DNA from: Halanaeroarchaeum sp.
GTDB taxonomy: Archaea > Halobacteriota > Halobacteria > Halobacteriales > Halobacteriaceae
Direction of reading: 5' to 3'
Length of the DNA: 64,000 nucleotides
Assembly (NCBI GenBank): GCA_042216045.1
Contig: JBDGUE010000034.1
Location: 92-64,091 of the forward strand
In this document: positions 1-9,544 of the stretch, piece after piece
Numbering within the stretch: the stretch's first letter is position 1
Layout: each line of letters opens with the position of its first letter
The notes under the pieces: model-generated
Told to the model about the DNA's origin: nothing
The model's database searches: none
Seen by the model: only the letters and a program-made list of their open reading frames with translations
Position numbers and translations under genes: made by a program

Positions 1-514
1 CCCGAAGGAGGTGCGCGAGACCGCCTCCGTGATCTACCGACGGGCCCTGGAGGAGGACCTCCTCCCCGGTCGCTCCATCGAGGGAGTCGCGACGGCGTCC
101 CTCTACGCGGCCGCCCGCCAGATGAGCACGCCGCGGAGCCTCGACGAGGTCGCCACCGTCAGCCGGATCGACGAGATGGAGTTCAAGCGCACCTACCGCT
201 ACATCGTCCGCGAACTCAACCTCGAGGTTCAGCCGGCCGATCCGGCGAGTTACGTCCCCCGCTTCGCCTCCGAACTCGACCTCGACGAGGAGGTCGAGCG
301 CCGGGCCCGCGAACTGTTGAGCACCGCCCAGGAGGACGGCGTCACGAGTGGGAAGAGTCCCGTCGGCCTCGCGGCGGCCGCGATCTACGCCGCCTCGCTG
401 TTGACGAACCAGAAGGTGACCCAGAGCGAGGTCTCGGCGGTCACGAACGTGAGCGAAGTCACCATCCGCAACCGCTATCAGGAACTCCTCGAGGCCGCCG
501 AAGTTCCGGCCTGA
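1..514 (+). CDS. tfb: Transcription initiation factor IIB (TFB), 5'-truncated by window edge
   Basis: Two cyclin-like repeats (GRSIEGVATASLYAAAR, GKSPVGLAAAAIY) and C-terminal HTH SEVTIRNRYQEL; stop at 512-514. Confidence 0.95.
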   Translation, partial: PKEVRETASVIYRRALEEDLLPGRSIEGVATASLYAAARQMSTPRSLDEVATVSRIDEMEFKRTYRYIVRELNLEVQPADPASYVPRFASELDLDEEVERRARELLSTAQEDGVTSGKSPVGLAAAAIYAASLLTNQKVTQSEVSAVTNVSEVTIRNRYQELLEAAEVPA

Positions 515-568
515 ATCGCAGGGCCCCGTCGAGCACAGCGCCGCGCCCCCGATCGTCAGCAGACATTC

Positions 569-1111
569 TCACCCGTCCGGTCGGAGCCGTTCGCCGGCCT
601 TGATCGGCATCGGGAGGTGGTTCTCCTCCGGAGGCAGCACCGAGACGTAGCTGTCGTCGTAGACGGAGAAGGGGTGGTATGCGAAGTTGAAGTCGAGGGC
701 GACCCGATCGCCGGTCTCGGCGTCGTCGACCGAGAGGGCGAGATACCGACCCTCGCTGGCCGTCTCGACGCCGTTCGTCTCGTCGGTGAACGGGACCAGC
801 AGATCCTCGGCCTCGGGTGCGCGATAGGCCGTCACCACGTGGTGGTCGTCGGTCTCGAACCCGAGGGTCGCGACCCGTTCGAACTCCAGGTCGGGCCCGC
901 GATTCGCGGGCAGGCGGACCGTCTCCGGCGACCGGACCCACTGGAGGCGCGCGGAGCGTCTGGCACCGGGCGCGGGGTCGAAGTACGTGAGGCCGGCGAA
1001 GTCCCCGTCGACGGGCGAGAACTCGGCGTCCGCGAGGTGGGCGTCCTTCTCCGCTCTGAACGCCTCCAGGCGCTCGCGCCACGCCGCCTCGTCGAAGTCC
1101 GGGTCGGGCAT
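569..1111 (-). CDS. DUF1684 family protein
   Basis: F(A)GLTYFDP, PFTDETNG..T...GRYL, LDFNFAYHPFS, PPEENHL..PIKAGER motifs; ATG at 1111 preferred over GTG at 1120. Confidence 0.85.
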   Translation of the reverse strand: MPDPDFDEAAWRERLEAFRAEKDAHLADAEFSPVDGDFAGLTYFDPAPGARRSARLQWVRSPETVRLPANRGPDLEFERVATLGFETDDHHVVTAYRAPEAEDLLVPFTDETNGVETASEGRYLALSVDDAETGDRVALDFNFAYHPFSVYDDSYVSVLPPEENHLPMPIKAGERLRPDG

Positions 1112-1178
1112 GGTGGCCACTCGGGGCCGGACGCACTAACGGATTCCGACCGGCGGATGGCCGTCCCCGCGACGGTCG

Positions 1179-1277
1179 GTGCCGTCTCACTCGGGGTGGC
1201 TCGTCGTGCCGTCTCACTCGGGAAACTCCGTGGCGTCTCACCGGGGAGACTTCGTGTCGTCTCGCCCAGGAGGGTGT
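1179..1277. repeat. Four degenerate tandem 24-27 bp repeats in the DUF1684/rtcA divergent intergenic region
   Basis: Copies start at 1179 (GTGCCGTCTCACTCGGGG), 1206 (GTGCCGTCTCACTCGGGA), 1230 (GTGGCGTCTCACCGGGGA), 1254 (GTGTCGTCTCGCCCAGGA). Confidence 0.85.
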
Positions 1278-1311
1278 GAGGTTTACAAGCGATGACGACC
1301 CAGCGTCTCCC

Positions 1312-2343
1312 ATGCGGGAGATAGACGGGGCGTCGGGCGGGGGACAACAGGTCCGGACGGCAGTGGCCACGAGCGCCGTCACCGGGGATGCCGTCACCGT
1401 GGAGAACGTCCGCGGTGGCCGTTCAGATCCCGGACTGAAGGCACAACACGTCGCGGCCATCGAGAGCGTCGCCGCGCTTTCCGACGCCACGACCGAGGAC
1501 GTCGCGATCGGGTCGTCCTCGTTCTCCTTCGATCCCGGCGGCCTTCCGGGGGGACGTCACGAGCAGTCGATCGGGACGGCTGGCAGCGTCACGCTGGTCG
1601 TCGAGGCGGTGCTGCCACTCGTCCTCGGCCTCGAGGGACCGGCCGACCTTGCGGTCACCGGCGGCACCGACGTCCCCTGGTCCCCGCCCTTCGACTATCT
1701 GCGGGCCGTCACGCTCCCGGTGCTCGCTGGGGCCGGACTCTCGGCGGAAGTGTCCCTCGACCGCAGGGGCTTCTATCCGTCCGGCAAGGGCCGCACACGC
1801 CTCCACCTGGAGCCCTCCTCCGTGTCACCACTCCGGCTGGACCGGCGCGGGGACCTCGAGTCAATCGCCGTGCACTCCGTGGCGTCCGCCTCGCTTGCGG
1901 ACGCCGCGGTCGCAGACCGACAGGCCGACGCGGTCCTGGAGGGCCTCGAGGGTCGGATGACCGCGCCGATCCAGTCCGCGGCCGCGTACCCCGAGACGAC
2001 CGATCCGGGCTCCGTGGTGGTGATCGTTGCTCGATTCGAGCGATCGATCGCCGGATTCTCCGCGCTGGGGGAGCGGGGCAAGCCGGCGGAGGCGGTCGCG
2101 GGCGACGCCGTCGCTCGATTCGCCACGTTCCGGGAGACGGACGCCGCGGTCGATCGACACCTGGCAGACCAGGTCGTTCCGTTTCTCGCGTTCGCCGGTG
2201 GGAGCGTGCGCGTACCGACCGTCACCGACCACGTCGAGACCCACCTCGACGTCCTCGATCAGTTCGGGTTCGACGTCGCAATCGACCCCCACGACGAGGG
2301 AGCGACGATCGCCGCCGATCCCCCCGATCAGACGACGCCGTAG
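1312..2343 (+). CDS. rtcA: RNA 3'-terminal phosphate cyclase
   Basis: IDG..GGGQQVRTA, PGLKAQH, GGTDVPWSPPFDY, RRGFYPSG, HLADQ and catalytic His region TDHVETH; TTTACA about 25-30 nt upstream of the ATG. Confidence 0.95.
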   Translation: MREIDGASGGGQQVRTAVATSAVTGDAVTVENVRGGRSDPGLKAQHVAAIESVAALSDATTEDVAIGSSSFSFDPGGLPGGRHEQSIGTAGSVTLVVEAVLPLVLGLEGPADLAVTGGTDVPWSPPFDYLRAVTLPVLAGAGLSAEVSLDRRGFYPSGKGRTRLHLEPSSVSPLRLDRRGDLESIAVHSVASASLADAAVADRQADAVLEGLEGRMTAPIQSAAAYPETTDPGSVVVIVARFERSIAGFSALGERGKPAEAVAGDAVARFATFRETDAAVDRHLADQVVPFLAFAGGSVRVPTVTDHVETHLDVLDQFGFDVAIDPHDEGATIAADPPDQTTP

Positions 2344-3239
2344 CCGGCCCCGTCGGGTGCGTCCTCCGGGGCGACCGTGACGTTCGTGGCGTAGGTGATC
2401 GACGGGCCCACCACCCTGACGTGAACCGTCGCCGAGTAGATCGCGGGCGCCGCGATCGGCCCGTTCGCGGGGTCGGTCGCGTAGTTGGTCGCCGGGACCG
2501 ACGCCGACCGCGCGAAGAGCAGGTATCGCCCCCTCGCGCTCGTCCCGTTCCGGATCCGGACCTCGTACGGGGACGAGACGCCCGTGGCCACGAGCAGGTC
2601 CGTGCACTCGGTGCCCGCCACGTGCCCCTCGGACAGGTCGACGACGACGGACGGACCCGAGACGGTGCACTCGACGCCCGCCGACGTCTGAACCCTCGCG
2701 TTCCCCCCGTCGGGGGCGATCGTCATCCGCCACGTCGCGCCCTTGGAATCGACGATCACGGTGACGGGCCGATCGCCGCCGAGGGAGTCCTGGGAGACGT
2801 TCATCACGAACCGACGAACGCCGGACACGTCGGTCGCGAGCGTCCAGTTCCCCGCGCCGCTCACGTTCGTGAGGGCTCTCGTCTCGTTCTGGAGGATGCG
2901 CGTACCGTCCGTCGTGGAGCGGACCGAGACCGTCGCGAGTTCCGCGTACCGGACCGACTGGTCGATGGTTGCCGAACGGAGGTCGGCGACGTCGGCCCTG
3001 AACTGCGACTCGATCTCGGACCGCGAGGAGGCGTTGTACCGGTTCGCCAGGGCGAGCAGCCCACCCACGCCGTCGCTCGCGGCGTGCTGGAAGGCGATCG
3101 CGTCGGCGCCGGTCGGCGTCTCTCTGGTGGCCAACTGCTCCGTGAAGACGGCAGCGTTGGCGATCACGCCGAGGGCGAGCAGCGTGACGGCGATCCCGAG
3201 TGCCGCGACGAGCACGACCTGCCCCCGTGAGCGACCCAT
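2328..3239 (-). CDS. Exported pilin-like protein with probable class III (prepilin) signal peptide
   Basis: N-terminus MGRSRG/QVVLVAALGIAVTLLALGVI (basic residues, G/Q, hydrophobic stretch); beta-rich body with several N-x-S/T sequons. Confidence 0.7.
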   Translation of the reverse strand: MGRSRGQVVLVAALGIAVTLLALGVIANAAVFTEQLATRETPTGADAIAFQHAASDGVGGLLALANRYNASSRSEIESQFRADVADLRSATIDQSVRYAELATVSVRSTTDGTRILQNETRALTNVSGAGNWTLATDVSGVRRFVMNVSQDSLGGDRPVTVIVDSKGATWRMTIAPDGGNARVQTSAGVECTVSGPSVVVDLSEGHVAGTECTDLLVATGVSSPYEVRIRNGTSARGRYLLFARSASVPATNYATDPANGPIAAPAIYSATVHVRVVGPSITYATNVTVAPEDAPDGAGYGVV

Positions 3240-3272
3240 GGCCGATGCTGGGAGGGCGACCCGCAAAAGCGT

Positions 3273-4169
3273 TCAGGTCGGTCCCTCGGCCGTGCTCGCC
3301 AGGACGATACCGGCAGCCATCACGACGCCGCCGGCCGCGAAGGTGGGACCGAGGGATTCGCCCAGGAAGACCACGCCCAGCAGCGACCCAACGAGTGGCT
3401 GTGCGAAGAAGAAGACGGCGACGACGCCGGCTTCGAGGGACTCCACCCCCCGGTACCACAGGTACCACGCGACGGCGGTGCTCACGACCCCGAGGTAGAC
3501 GACCGCCGCGATCACGGGGAGCGTGGTCGGGATCGAGGCGATCGACCGACCGGACGTGGCGAGTTCGATTGCCGCGGCGACCGCGAGGACTGGAACGGCC
3601 CAGACGGTCGAGTAGGTCGCGGTGGTAAGCGGGGAGTACCGCCGGACGAGCGGGGTCCCCCAGACGGTGTAGATGGCCCACCCGAGGCTCGCGAGCAGGA
3701 GGGCCCCGATCCCGAGTGCGTTGCCCTCGCCGAGGCGGGAGAGGTCGTACTGGCCGACGAGCACGAGGAGGGTCCCGACCGTCGCGAGTCCCATGCCGCC
3801 GACCTTCCGGATCGTGACCCGCTCACCGAGCAGGGCGATTCCGAGGATCAGCGTGAAGACCGGGGTCAACACGGTCAGCAGGGAGCCCTGACTGGCGTTC
3901 GTCAGGTCGGTCCCGACGAACTGCGTGAGGAGCGTCACGGCGACCCAGAAGCCGAGGGCCGCGAAGCGCGCGTGTTCGCCGCGCGAGAAGTCCGGCGCGC
4001 GACCGCCCGCTCCGACGACGATCAGCAGCGACCCGGCGCCGAGCGCCACCCGAAGGAAGGCCAGCGTCGCGGGCGGTATCGCAGAGAAGCCCCACTTGCT
4101 CACGACGTACATCCCGCCCCACAGCGCCGCCGCGATCAGCGGCGCGATCGCCTCAACTCGACGCGTCAT
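3273..4169 (-). CDS. DMT/EamA family transporter
   Basis: About 10 hydrophobic segments in two EamA repeats (LWGGMYVVSK, LLGERVT, FLGESLG). Confidence 0.9.
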   Translation of the reverse strand: MTRRVEAIAPLIAAALWGGMYVVSKWGFSAIPPATLAFLRVALGAGSLLIVVGAGGRAPDFSRGEHARFAALGFWVAVTLLTQFVGTDLTNASQGSLLTVLTPVFTLILGIALLGERVTIRKVGGMGLATVGTLLVLVGQYDLSRLGEGNALGIGALLLASLGWAIYTVWGTPLVRRYSPLTTATYSTVWAVPVLAVAAAIELATSGRSIASIPTTLPVIAAVVYLGVVSTAVAWYLWYRGVESLEAGVVAVFFFAQPLVGSLLGVVFLGESLGPTFAAGGVVMAAGIVLASTAEGPT

Positions 4170-4254
4170 CGACCGCGAGTTCGACGCGCCTCCCCCTCAG
4201 TCTGGCGGTCGTCGCATCCACAGCCCTAATGGGGGACCGGGTCGAGGTGACGGC

Positions 4255-5178
4255 ATGAACGTCGCGGTGGTGGGCGCCGGCGCCCTCGGGACACTCTTCG
4301 CCGGCCGACTCGCGGCGGCGGGAACGGACGTGACGCTCGTCGGGCGCCCCGGGGGGCACGTCGAGGCCATCCAGCGCGACGGGATCGAGATCTCGGGCGT
4401 CGATCCGATCCGGGGAATCGAGGTCGAGGCCACCACCGATCACGACGCGGTGGCCGGATCGTCCTGGCTCCTGCTCGCGGTCAAGAGTTACGACACGGCC
4501 GAGGCGATGGCGTCGGTCGGCGACGCCCTCGCGAGCGGTCCGATCGTGACGGTGCAAAACGGCCTCGGCAACGCGGAGACCATCGCCGACTTCGTCGCGC
4601 CCCAGCGTGTCGTCGTCGGGACCACGTCCCACGGCGCGACCCTCGACCGACCAGGGGTGGTCGACCACGCGGGGCGGGGCGACACCGTCCTCGGCCGCTA
4701 CTTCGGGGAGGCCGACGCTTCCGACGTCCGCGTCGAAACCGTCGCAGCGACCCTCTCGCGGGCGGGCATCGAGACGACGGTCACCGATCGTCCGCGGGAC
4801 GCCCTCTGGGAGAAGGTGATCGTCAACGTCGCCATCAACGCGGCGACGGCACTCGCGCGCGTGCCGAACGGCCACCTCGTCCGATACGGACCGGGGAAGC
4901 GATTGCTCGAGCGGGCCGCACGCGAGGCGCTGGCCGTCGCACGGGCGGAGGGGCGCTCGATCGACGAGTCCGTCGTCGATCGAGCGCGCGCGGTCGCGAG
5001 GACGACCGCGTCCAATCGGTCGTCGATGCGTCGCGACGTGGAGTCCGGATCGCGGACCGAGATCGAGTCGCTCAACGGCGCCGTCGTCTCGCTCGCGGAG
5101 GAACACGACGTCTCGACCCCGGTCAACCGGACGCTCGCGGACCTGGTTCGGTTGACGCGGGCGGGCGCCGACGACTGA
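4255..5178 (+). CDS. panE: 2-dehydropantoate 2-reductase (ketopantoate reductase)
   Basis: GAGALG Rossmann motif, VKSYDT, QNGLGN, WEKVIVNVAIN, SSMRRDV, TEIESLNG. Confidence 0.92.
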   Translation: MNVAVVGAGALGTLFAGRLAAAGTDVTLVGRPGGHVEAIQRDGIEISGVDPIRGIEVEATTDHDAVAGSSWLLLAVKSYDTAEAMASVGDALASGPIVTVQNGLGNAETIADFVAPQRVVVGTTSHGATLDRPGVVDHAGRGDTVLGRYFGEADASDVRVETVAATLSRAGIETTVTDRPRDALWEKVIVNVAINAATALARVPNGHLVRYGPGKRLLERAAREALAVARAEGRSIDESVVDRARAVARTTASNRSSMRRDVESGSRTEIESLNGAVVSLAEEHDVSTPVNRTLADLVRLTRAGADD

Positions 5179-5204
5179 AGTGGGTCCGTCACGTACCCGC
5201 GTGC

Positions 5205-6401
5205 ATGCACCACGACGTGATCGTCGTCGGGGGCGGTGTCGTCGGCCTCTCCACGGCACTGCACCTGGGTCGTCGGACCGACCTCGACGTCGCGGTCGTC
5301 GAGAAGGAACACCACCTCGGGAGCCACCAGAGCGGCCGGAACTCCGGCGTGCTCCACCCGGGATTCAACTACGAACCGGGGTCGCTCAAGGCGCGCTTCG
5401 CCACCGAGGGGACCGAGCGCATGAAGGAGTACTGCGAGGAGAACGACGTCCCACTCGAGGAGACCGGAGTCGTCGTGGCCGCCGTCGACCGCGAGGAGGA
5501 GGCGCGACTCGAGGACCTCGCGGACCAGGCCGCTGCGAACGGGACGGCAGCCGAGATCGTCGGCGAGGAGCGACTCCACGAACTGGAACCGCACGCCAGG
5601 GGGCGGGCCGCCCTGCACGCCCCGGAGGCGGCCTCGGTGGACTCCCAGCAGTACGTCTACCAACTCGCACGCGACGCCCAGGCGCGGGACGTCTCCCTTT
5701 ACACCGGCACCGAGGTCGAAGGGCTGGTGCGGGCCGACGGTGGATACCGCGTGCGGACGACGCACGGGCCCCTCGACGCCCACTTCCTCGTCAACGCTGC
5801 CGGACTCCACGCCGACGAACTCGCCCGCGAGGTGGGCGTCGGTCAGGAGTACCAGATCGTCCCCTTCCGCGGCGAGTATTACGAACTGGTCCCGGACCGA
5901 CGGTCGCTGGTCGACGGCATGATCTACCCGACGCCCGACCCCGAGTTGCCCTTCCTCGGCGTCCACTTCACCCGGCGCACCGACGACAGCGTCATCGTCG
6001 GCCCCAACGCGGTCCTGGCCTTCGGGCGAGAGGCCTACGACAACACCGACGTTCACCCCCGGGAACTCGCCGAGACCCTCGGCTACGGGGGGTTCTGGCG
6101 GCTCCTGTCGTCGCCGAAGATGCTTCGCGTCGCCGGCGCGGAGTTGCACAAGTCCTACCGGACGGAGCGCTTCGCGGGCGCCGCCCGTCGGCTGGTTCCG
6201 GAGGTGACGGCGGACGACCTCGTCCGCTCGTACGCGGGCATCCGGGCACAGATCGTCGACGACGAGGGGTCACTCGTCAAAGACCCCCTGTTCGTCGAGG
6301 GAGACGACGCGATCCACGTGCTGAACGCGGTCTCGCCGGGGCTCACCGCCTCGCTCCCGTTCGGCGACCACCTCGCCGAGCGGGTCGAAGACGCCTACTG
6401 A
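5205..6401 (+). CDS. lhgO: L-2-hydroxyglutarate oxidase family FAD oxidoreductase
   Basis: GGGVVGLS, HQSGRNSGVLH, SLKARF, PFRGEYY, PFLGVHFT, AGIRAQ, HVLNAVSPGLTAS. Confidence 0.9.
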   Translation: MHHDVIVVGGGVVGLSTALHLGRRTDLDVAVVEKEHHLGSHQSGRNSGVLHPGFNYEPGSLKARFATEGTERMKEYCEENDVPLEETGVVVAAVDREEEARLEDLADQAAANGTAAEIVGEERLHELEPHARGRAALHAPEAASVDSQQYVYQLARDAQARDVSLYTGTEVEGLVRADGGYRVRTTHGPLDAHFLVNAAGLHADELAREVGVGQEYQIVPFRGEYYELVPDRRSLVDGMIYPTPDPELPFLGVHFTRRTDDSVIVGPNAVLAFGREAYDNTDVHPRELAETLGYGGFWRLLSSPKMLRVAGAELHKSYRTERFAGAARRLVPEVTADDLVRSYAGIRAQIVDDEGSLVKDPLFVEGDDAIHVLNAVSPGLTASLPFGDHLAERVEDAY

Positions 6402-7570
6402 CCGCCGAGGGATCGAACGGACAGCGCGAGCGCCCCGACCCCCAGGACGCTCCCGACGGCGAGCAACCACCACCCCATCGTGTAGCCCGCGGCGTCGACC
6501 AGGACGCCGAACGCCGGCGGAGCGAGGAGGCCGCCCAGGTTGATCGTGGTCTGTCCGGCGGCCGTGGCCGCGCCGGCCTCGTCGTCGTCGACCAGACGGA
6601 CGAGCGTTCCGTGATAGAGGCCGGTCGTCCCCAGCATCGAGAGGCCCAGCACGGCCACGAGCGGAAAGGCCGCGGCGACGCCGACGAGGGGCAGCGCCAG
6701 GTAGAGCGCGGCGGCGGTCCCCAACTGGGCCAGCATGACGCGGGCGGCCCCGGCCGCCGCCGATCCGGGGAGTCTGTCGGCGATCGCCCCGACGCCGATG
6801 CGACCCGCGCTCCCGGAGATCTGCATGGTGGCGAGCGCGAACCCCGCGAGGTGGACGGACGCGTCCGCTGACTCGAGGAAGGGGACCAGGTAACCGGTCG
6901 TGGTGAAGATCCCCGTCCCGAGGAACAGGCCGGCGAGCGAGAGAAAGACGAAGGATCGATCGTCCCACAGGCCGCGGACGTCCGGGAGCGTGGGACGCCC
7001 GGTCCCACCGGTTCCCCGGTACGCCACGAGGTAGCCCATGGCCGCGAGTCCGGCGACGGCACCGATGGCCAGGAACGCGGTCCGCCAGGTCGCGCCGACG
7101 CGGGCGGCGTTGGTGACCACGACCGCCGCGAGCGCGCTCCCCGTGGTGACGCCGATCTGTTTGACGCCGACCGCGAGGTTGTACTGGCCGGGCGGCGCCC
7201 GATCCGCGATGGCGCGGTTCGTCGCGGGCATCGCCGTCGCGTACGCGGCACCGAGGACGAACACGGCGACGAGCAACGCAGCGAACGACGGAGCCACGCC
7301 GACGCCCACGGTGCCCACGGCGAGGAGGGCGAGACCCACGACCATCGGCGGCCGATCGCCGTATCCGTCGACGATGGCGCCGGCGGGAAACAGCATGACC
7401 GTGTACCCGAGCGTGAGAACGGCGAGCAGGATCCCGATCCCCGTCGTCGAGACCTCGAACGCACCGGCGATCGCGGCGGTCGCGGCGAAGACGGCGTAGT
7501 AGGTCGTGCTGGCCACCACCTGCCATCCACCCACGACGCCGACGTGTCGCCAGGACCGGTCGACCGACAC
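6395..7570 (-). CDS. MFS transporter
   Basis: About 12 hydrophobic segments; MFS motif A variants GAIVDGYGDR and GAIADRL; GTG start at 7570 is inferred. Confidence 0.88.
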   Translation of the reverse strand: MSVDRSWRHVGVVGGWQVVASTTYYAVFAATAAIAGAFEVSTTGIGILLAVLTLGYTVMLFPAGAIVDGYGDRPPMVVGLALLAVGTVGVGVAPSFAALLVAVFVLGAAYATAMPATNRAIADRAPPGQYNLAVGVKQIGVTTGSALAAVVVTNAARVGATWRTAFLAIGAVAGLAAMGYLVAYRGTGGTGRPTLPDVRGLWDDRSFVFLSLAGLFLGTGIFTTTGYLVPFLESADASVHLAGFALATMQISGSAGRIGVGAIADRLPGSAAAGAARVMLAQLGTAAALYLALPLVGVAAAFPLVAVLGLSMLGTTGLYHGTLVRLVDDDEAGAATAAGQTTINLGGLLAPPAFGVLVDAAGYTMGWWLLAVGSVLGVGALALSVRSLGGQ

Positions 7571-7714
7571 GTCAGCCCCCCGTTCGGTCTTCCATCTCCG
7601 CCCATCGCTCGCCGCGACGCATACGTCCGATCCCCACGTTCCGTCCCCTAAAGCGAGGGGGTTGCGGCAGATCCGTGGCGTGCGTTCTTTGTGGAAGCCA
7701 CACCGAGGGACGGC

Positions 7715-8836
7715 ATGGGAGACGTCTTCGAAGCCCGAACCCGTCGCCTGCAGGACCGTCTCGCGGATCACGAGGGCGACGCCGTCGTGTGCACCGCCAG
7801 TCCCAACCTCTACTACCTCAGCGGGTTCTTCGAGCACCAGAGCGACAGACACCTGCTCTGTGTCGTCCCCGAGTCGGGAGACCCCTCGATCGTCGCGCCC
7901 GCCCTGTACGAGACCCAACTCGCGGAGGAGAGTTGGATCGCGGACGTCCGAACGTACGGCGACGACGGCGATCCACTGGCGCGCGTCGCGACCGCGGCCA
8001 GAGACCTGGACGTCGCCGACGGACACCTCCTCCTCGATCCGACCATGTACGCGCGGTTCACGATCGATCTCCGCGAGACGCTCGCGGGCGCCACGTTCGG
8101 TCTCGCGGGAGACGTGATGACCGCCCTGCGGATCACCAAGGACGAAGCTGAACTGGAGGCGATCCGGGCGGCGAGCGCGGTCGCCGACGCGGTCATCGAG
8201 GAGGTCCGTGAGTTGGGATCGGACGTCCTGGGCCGGACGGAGACGGCGGTGGCCCGGACGATCGAGCGATCGCTCGCCGATCACGGCGGCGAGAAGCCCG
8301 CCTTCGAGGTCATCGTGGGATCTGGTCCGAACGGGGCGAAGCCACACCACACGCACGGGGACCGGACGATCGAGCGCGGCGATCCGGTCGTCCTCGACTT
8401 CGGCACGCGGGTCGATCACTATCCCAGCGATCAGACCCGGACCGTGGTGTTCGGTGGGGACCCGCCTGACGGCTTCGAGGAGGCCTTCCGGGCGGTTCGC
8501 GACGCCCAGACGGCGGCCGTCGACGCGATCGAACCCGGCGTCGCTGCGGCGACCGTCGACCGGGCCGCCCGTTCGGTGCTGGAGGACCGGGGGTACGGCG
8601 AGGCCTTCGTCCACCGAACGGGCCACGGCGTCGGACTCGACGTTCACGAGGCACCGGAGATCGTCGGAGGCAACGACCGCACGCTCCGACCGGGCATGGT
8701 CACGAGCGTCGAACCGGGCGTCTACGTCCCGGGGGAGTTCGGCGTTCGGATCGAGGACCTGGTCGTCGTCACGGCGGACGGCGCGACCCGATTGAACCAC
8801 ACCCACCGAGGCTACGAACCCACGGCGGAGGGGTGA
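7715..8836 (+). CDS. M24 family Xaa-Pro peptidase (prolidase-like)
   Basis: NLYYLSGF, DFG..YPSDQTRT, HRTGHGVGLDVHE, SVEPGVY, GVRIED metal ligands. Confidence 0.93.
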   Translation: MGDVFEARTRRLQDRLADHEGDAVVCTASPNLYYLSGFFEHQSDRHLLCVVPESGDPSIVAPALYETQLAEESWIADVRTYGDDGDPLARVATAARDLDVADGHLLLDPTMYARFTIDLRETLAGATFGLAGDVMTALRITKDEAELEAIRAASAVADAVIEEVRELGSDVLGRTETAVARTIERSLADHGGEKPAFEVIVGSGPNGAKPHHTHGDRTIERGDPVVLDFGTRVDHYPSDQTRTVVFGGDPPDGFEEAFRAVRDAQTAAVDAIEPGVAAATVDRAARSVLEDRGYGEAFVHRTGHGVGLDVHEAPEIVGGNDRTLRPGMVTSVEPGVYVPGEFGVRIEDLVVVTADGATRLNHTHRGYEPTAEG

Positions 8837-8862
8837 AGGGGCCCCGCGACCGATCGGGAGAC

Positions 8863-9528
8863 ATGGATCCCCCGCTCGCCGTCGACATCGACGGGACGTT
8901 GAGTCGCGCCGATCGATCGATCGATCCGCGATCGTTCTCGACCCTCCGCGAGTGGGAGGCGCCGGTCGTCGTGGCCACCGGGAAGGCGTTGCCCTTTCCG
9001 GTCGCGCTCTGTCAGTTCGTCGGGATTCCAGAGCGCGTCGTCGCGGAGAACGGTGGCCTCGCGCTCGTGGACGACGAACTGACCGTCCACGGCGACCGGG
9101 AGGCCGCCGACGCGGTCGCGCGGGAGTACGAGGACGCGGGACACGACCTCGGGTGGGGCAGCCTCGACCTCGCGAACCGCTGGCGCGAGACCGAGATCGC
9201 CGTCAGCCGCGAGTCGCCGCTTCCGCCACTCGCGGAGATCGCCGACCGACACGGCCTCGAGGTCGTCGACACGGGATTCGCCTATCACGTCAAGTCGCCG
9301 TCCATCGACAAGGCGGCGGCGCTCCGCACGGTCGCAGACGAGTTGGGGCACCCACCGGAGGACTTCCTGGCGGTCGGGGACTCGGCGAACGACGTCGGCA
9401 TGCTGACCCTCGCTGGCCAGTCCTTCGCGGTCGCGAACGCGGACGAGGAAGCGAAGGCGGCCGCCGACGCGGTCACCGACGGGGCCTACGCGAGCGGGTT
9501 CCTCGAGGCCGTCTCTCGCGCCCGGTAG
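8863..9528 (+). CDS. HAD IIB phosphatase, archaeal phosphoglycolate phosphatase-like
   Basis: DIDGTL motif I, ATGK, AENGG, DK, GDSANDVGM, VANA. Confidence 0.85.
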   Translation: MDPPLAVDIDGTLSRADRSIDPRSFSTLREWEAPVVVATGKALPFPVALCQFVGIPERVVAENGGLALVDDELTVHGDREAADAVAREYEDAGHDLGWGSLDLANRWRETEIAVSRESPLPPLAEIADRHGLEVVDTGFAYHVKSPSIDKAAALRTVADELGHPPEDFLAVGDSANDVGMLTLAGQSFAVANADEEAKAAADAVTDGAYASGFLEAVSRAR

Positions 9529-9544
9529 CGCCGGAGCGCTTTCG

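Noticed and set aside
1179-1277. Possible mini-CRISPR array
   Set aside because: Intervening segments are only 6-9 bp, the units are degenerate and there are no cas genes; it is a tandem repeat
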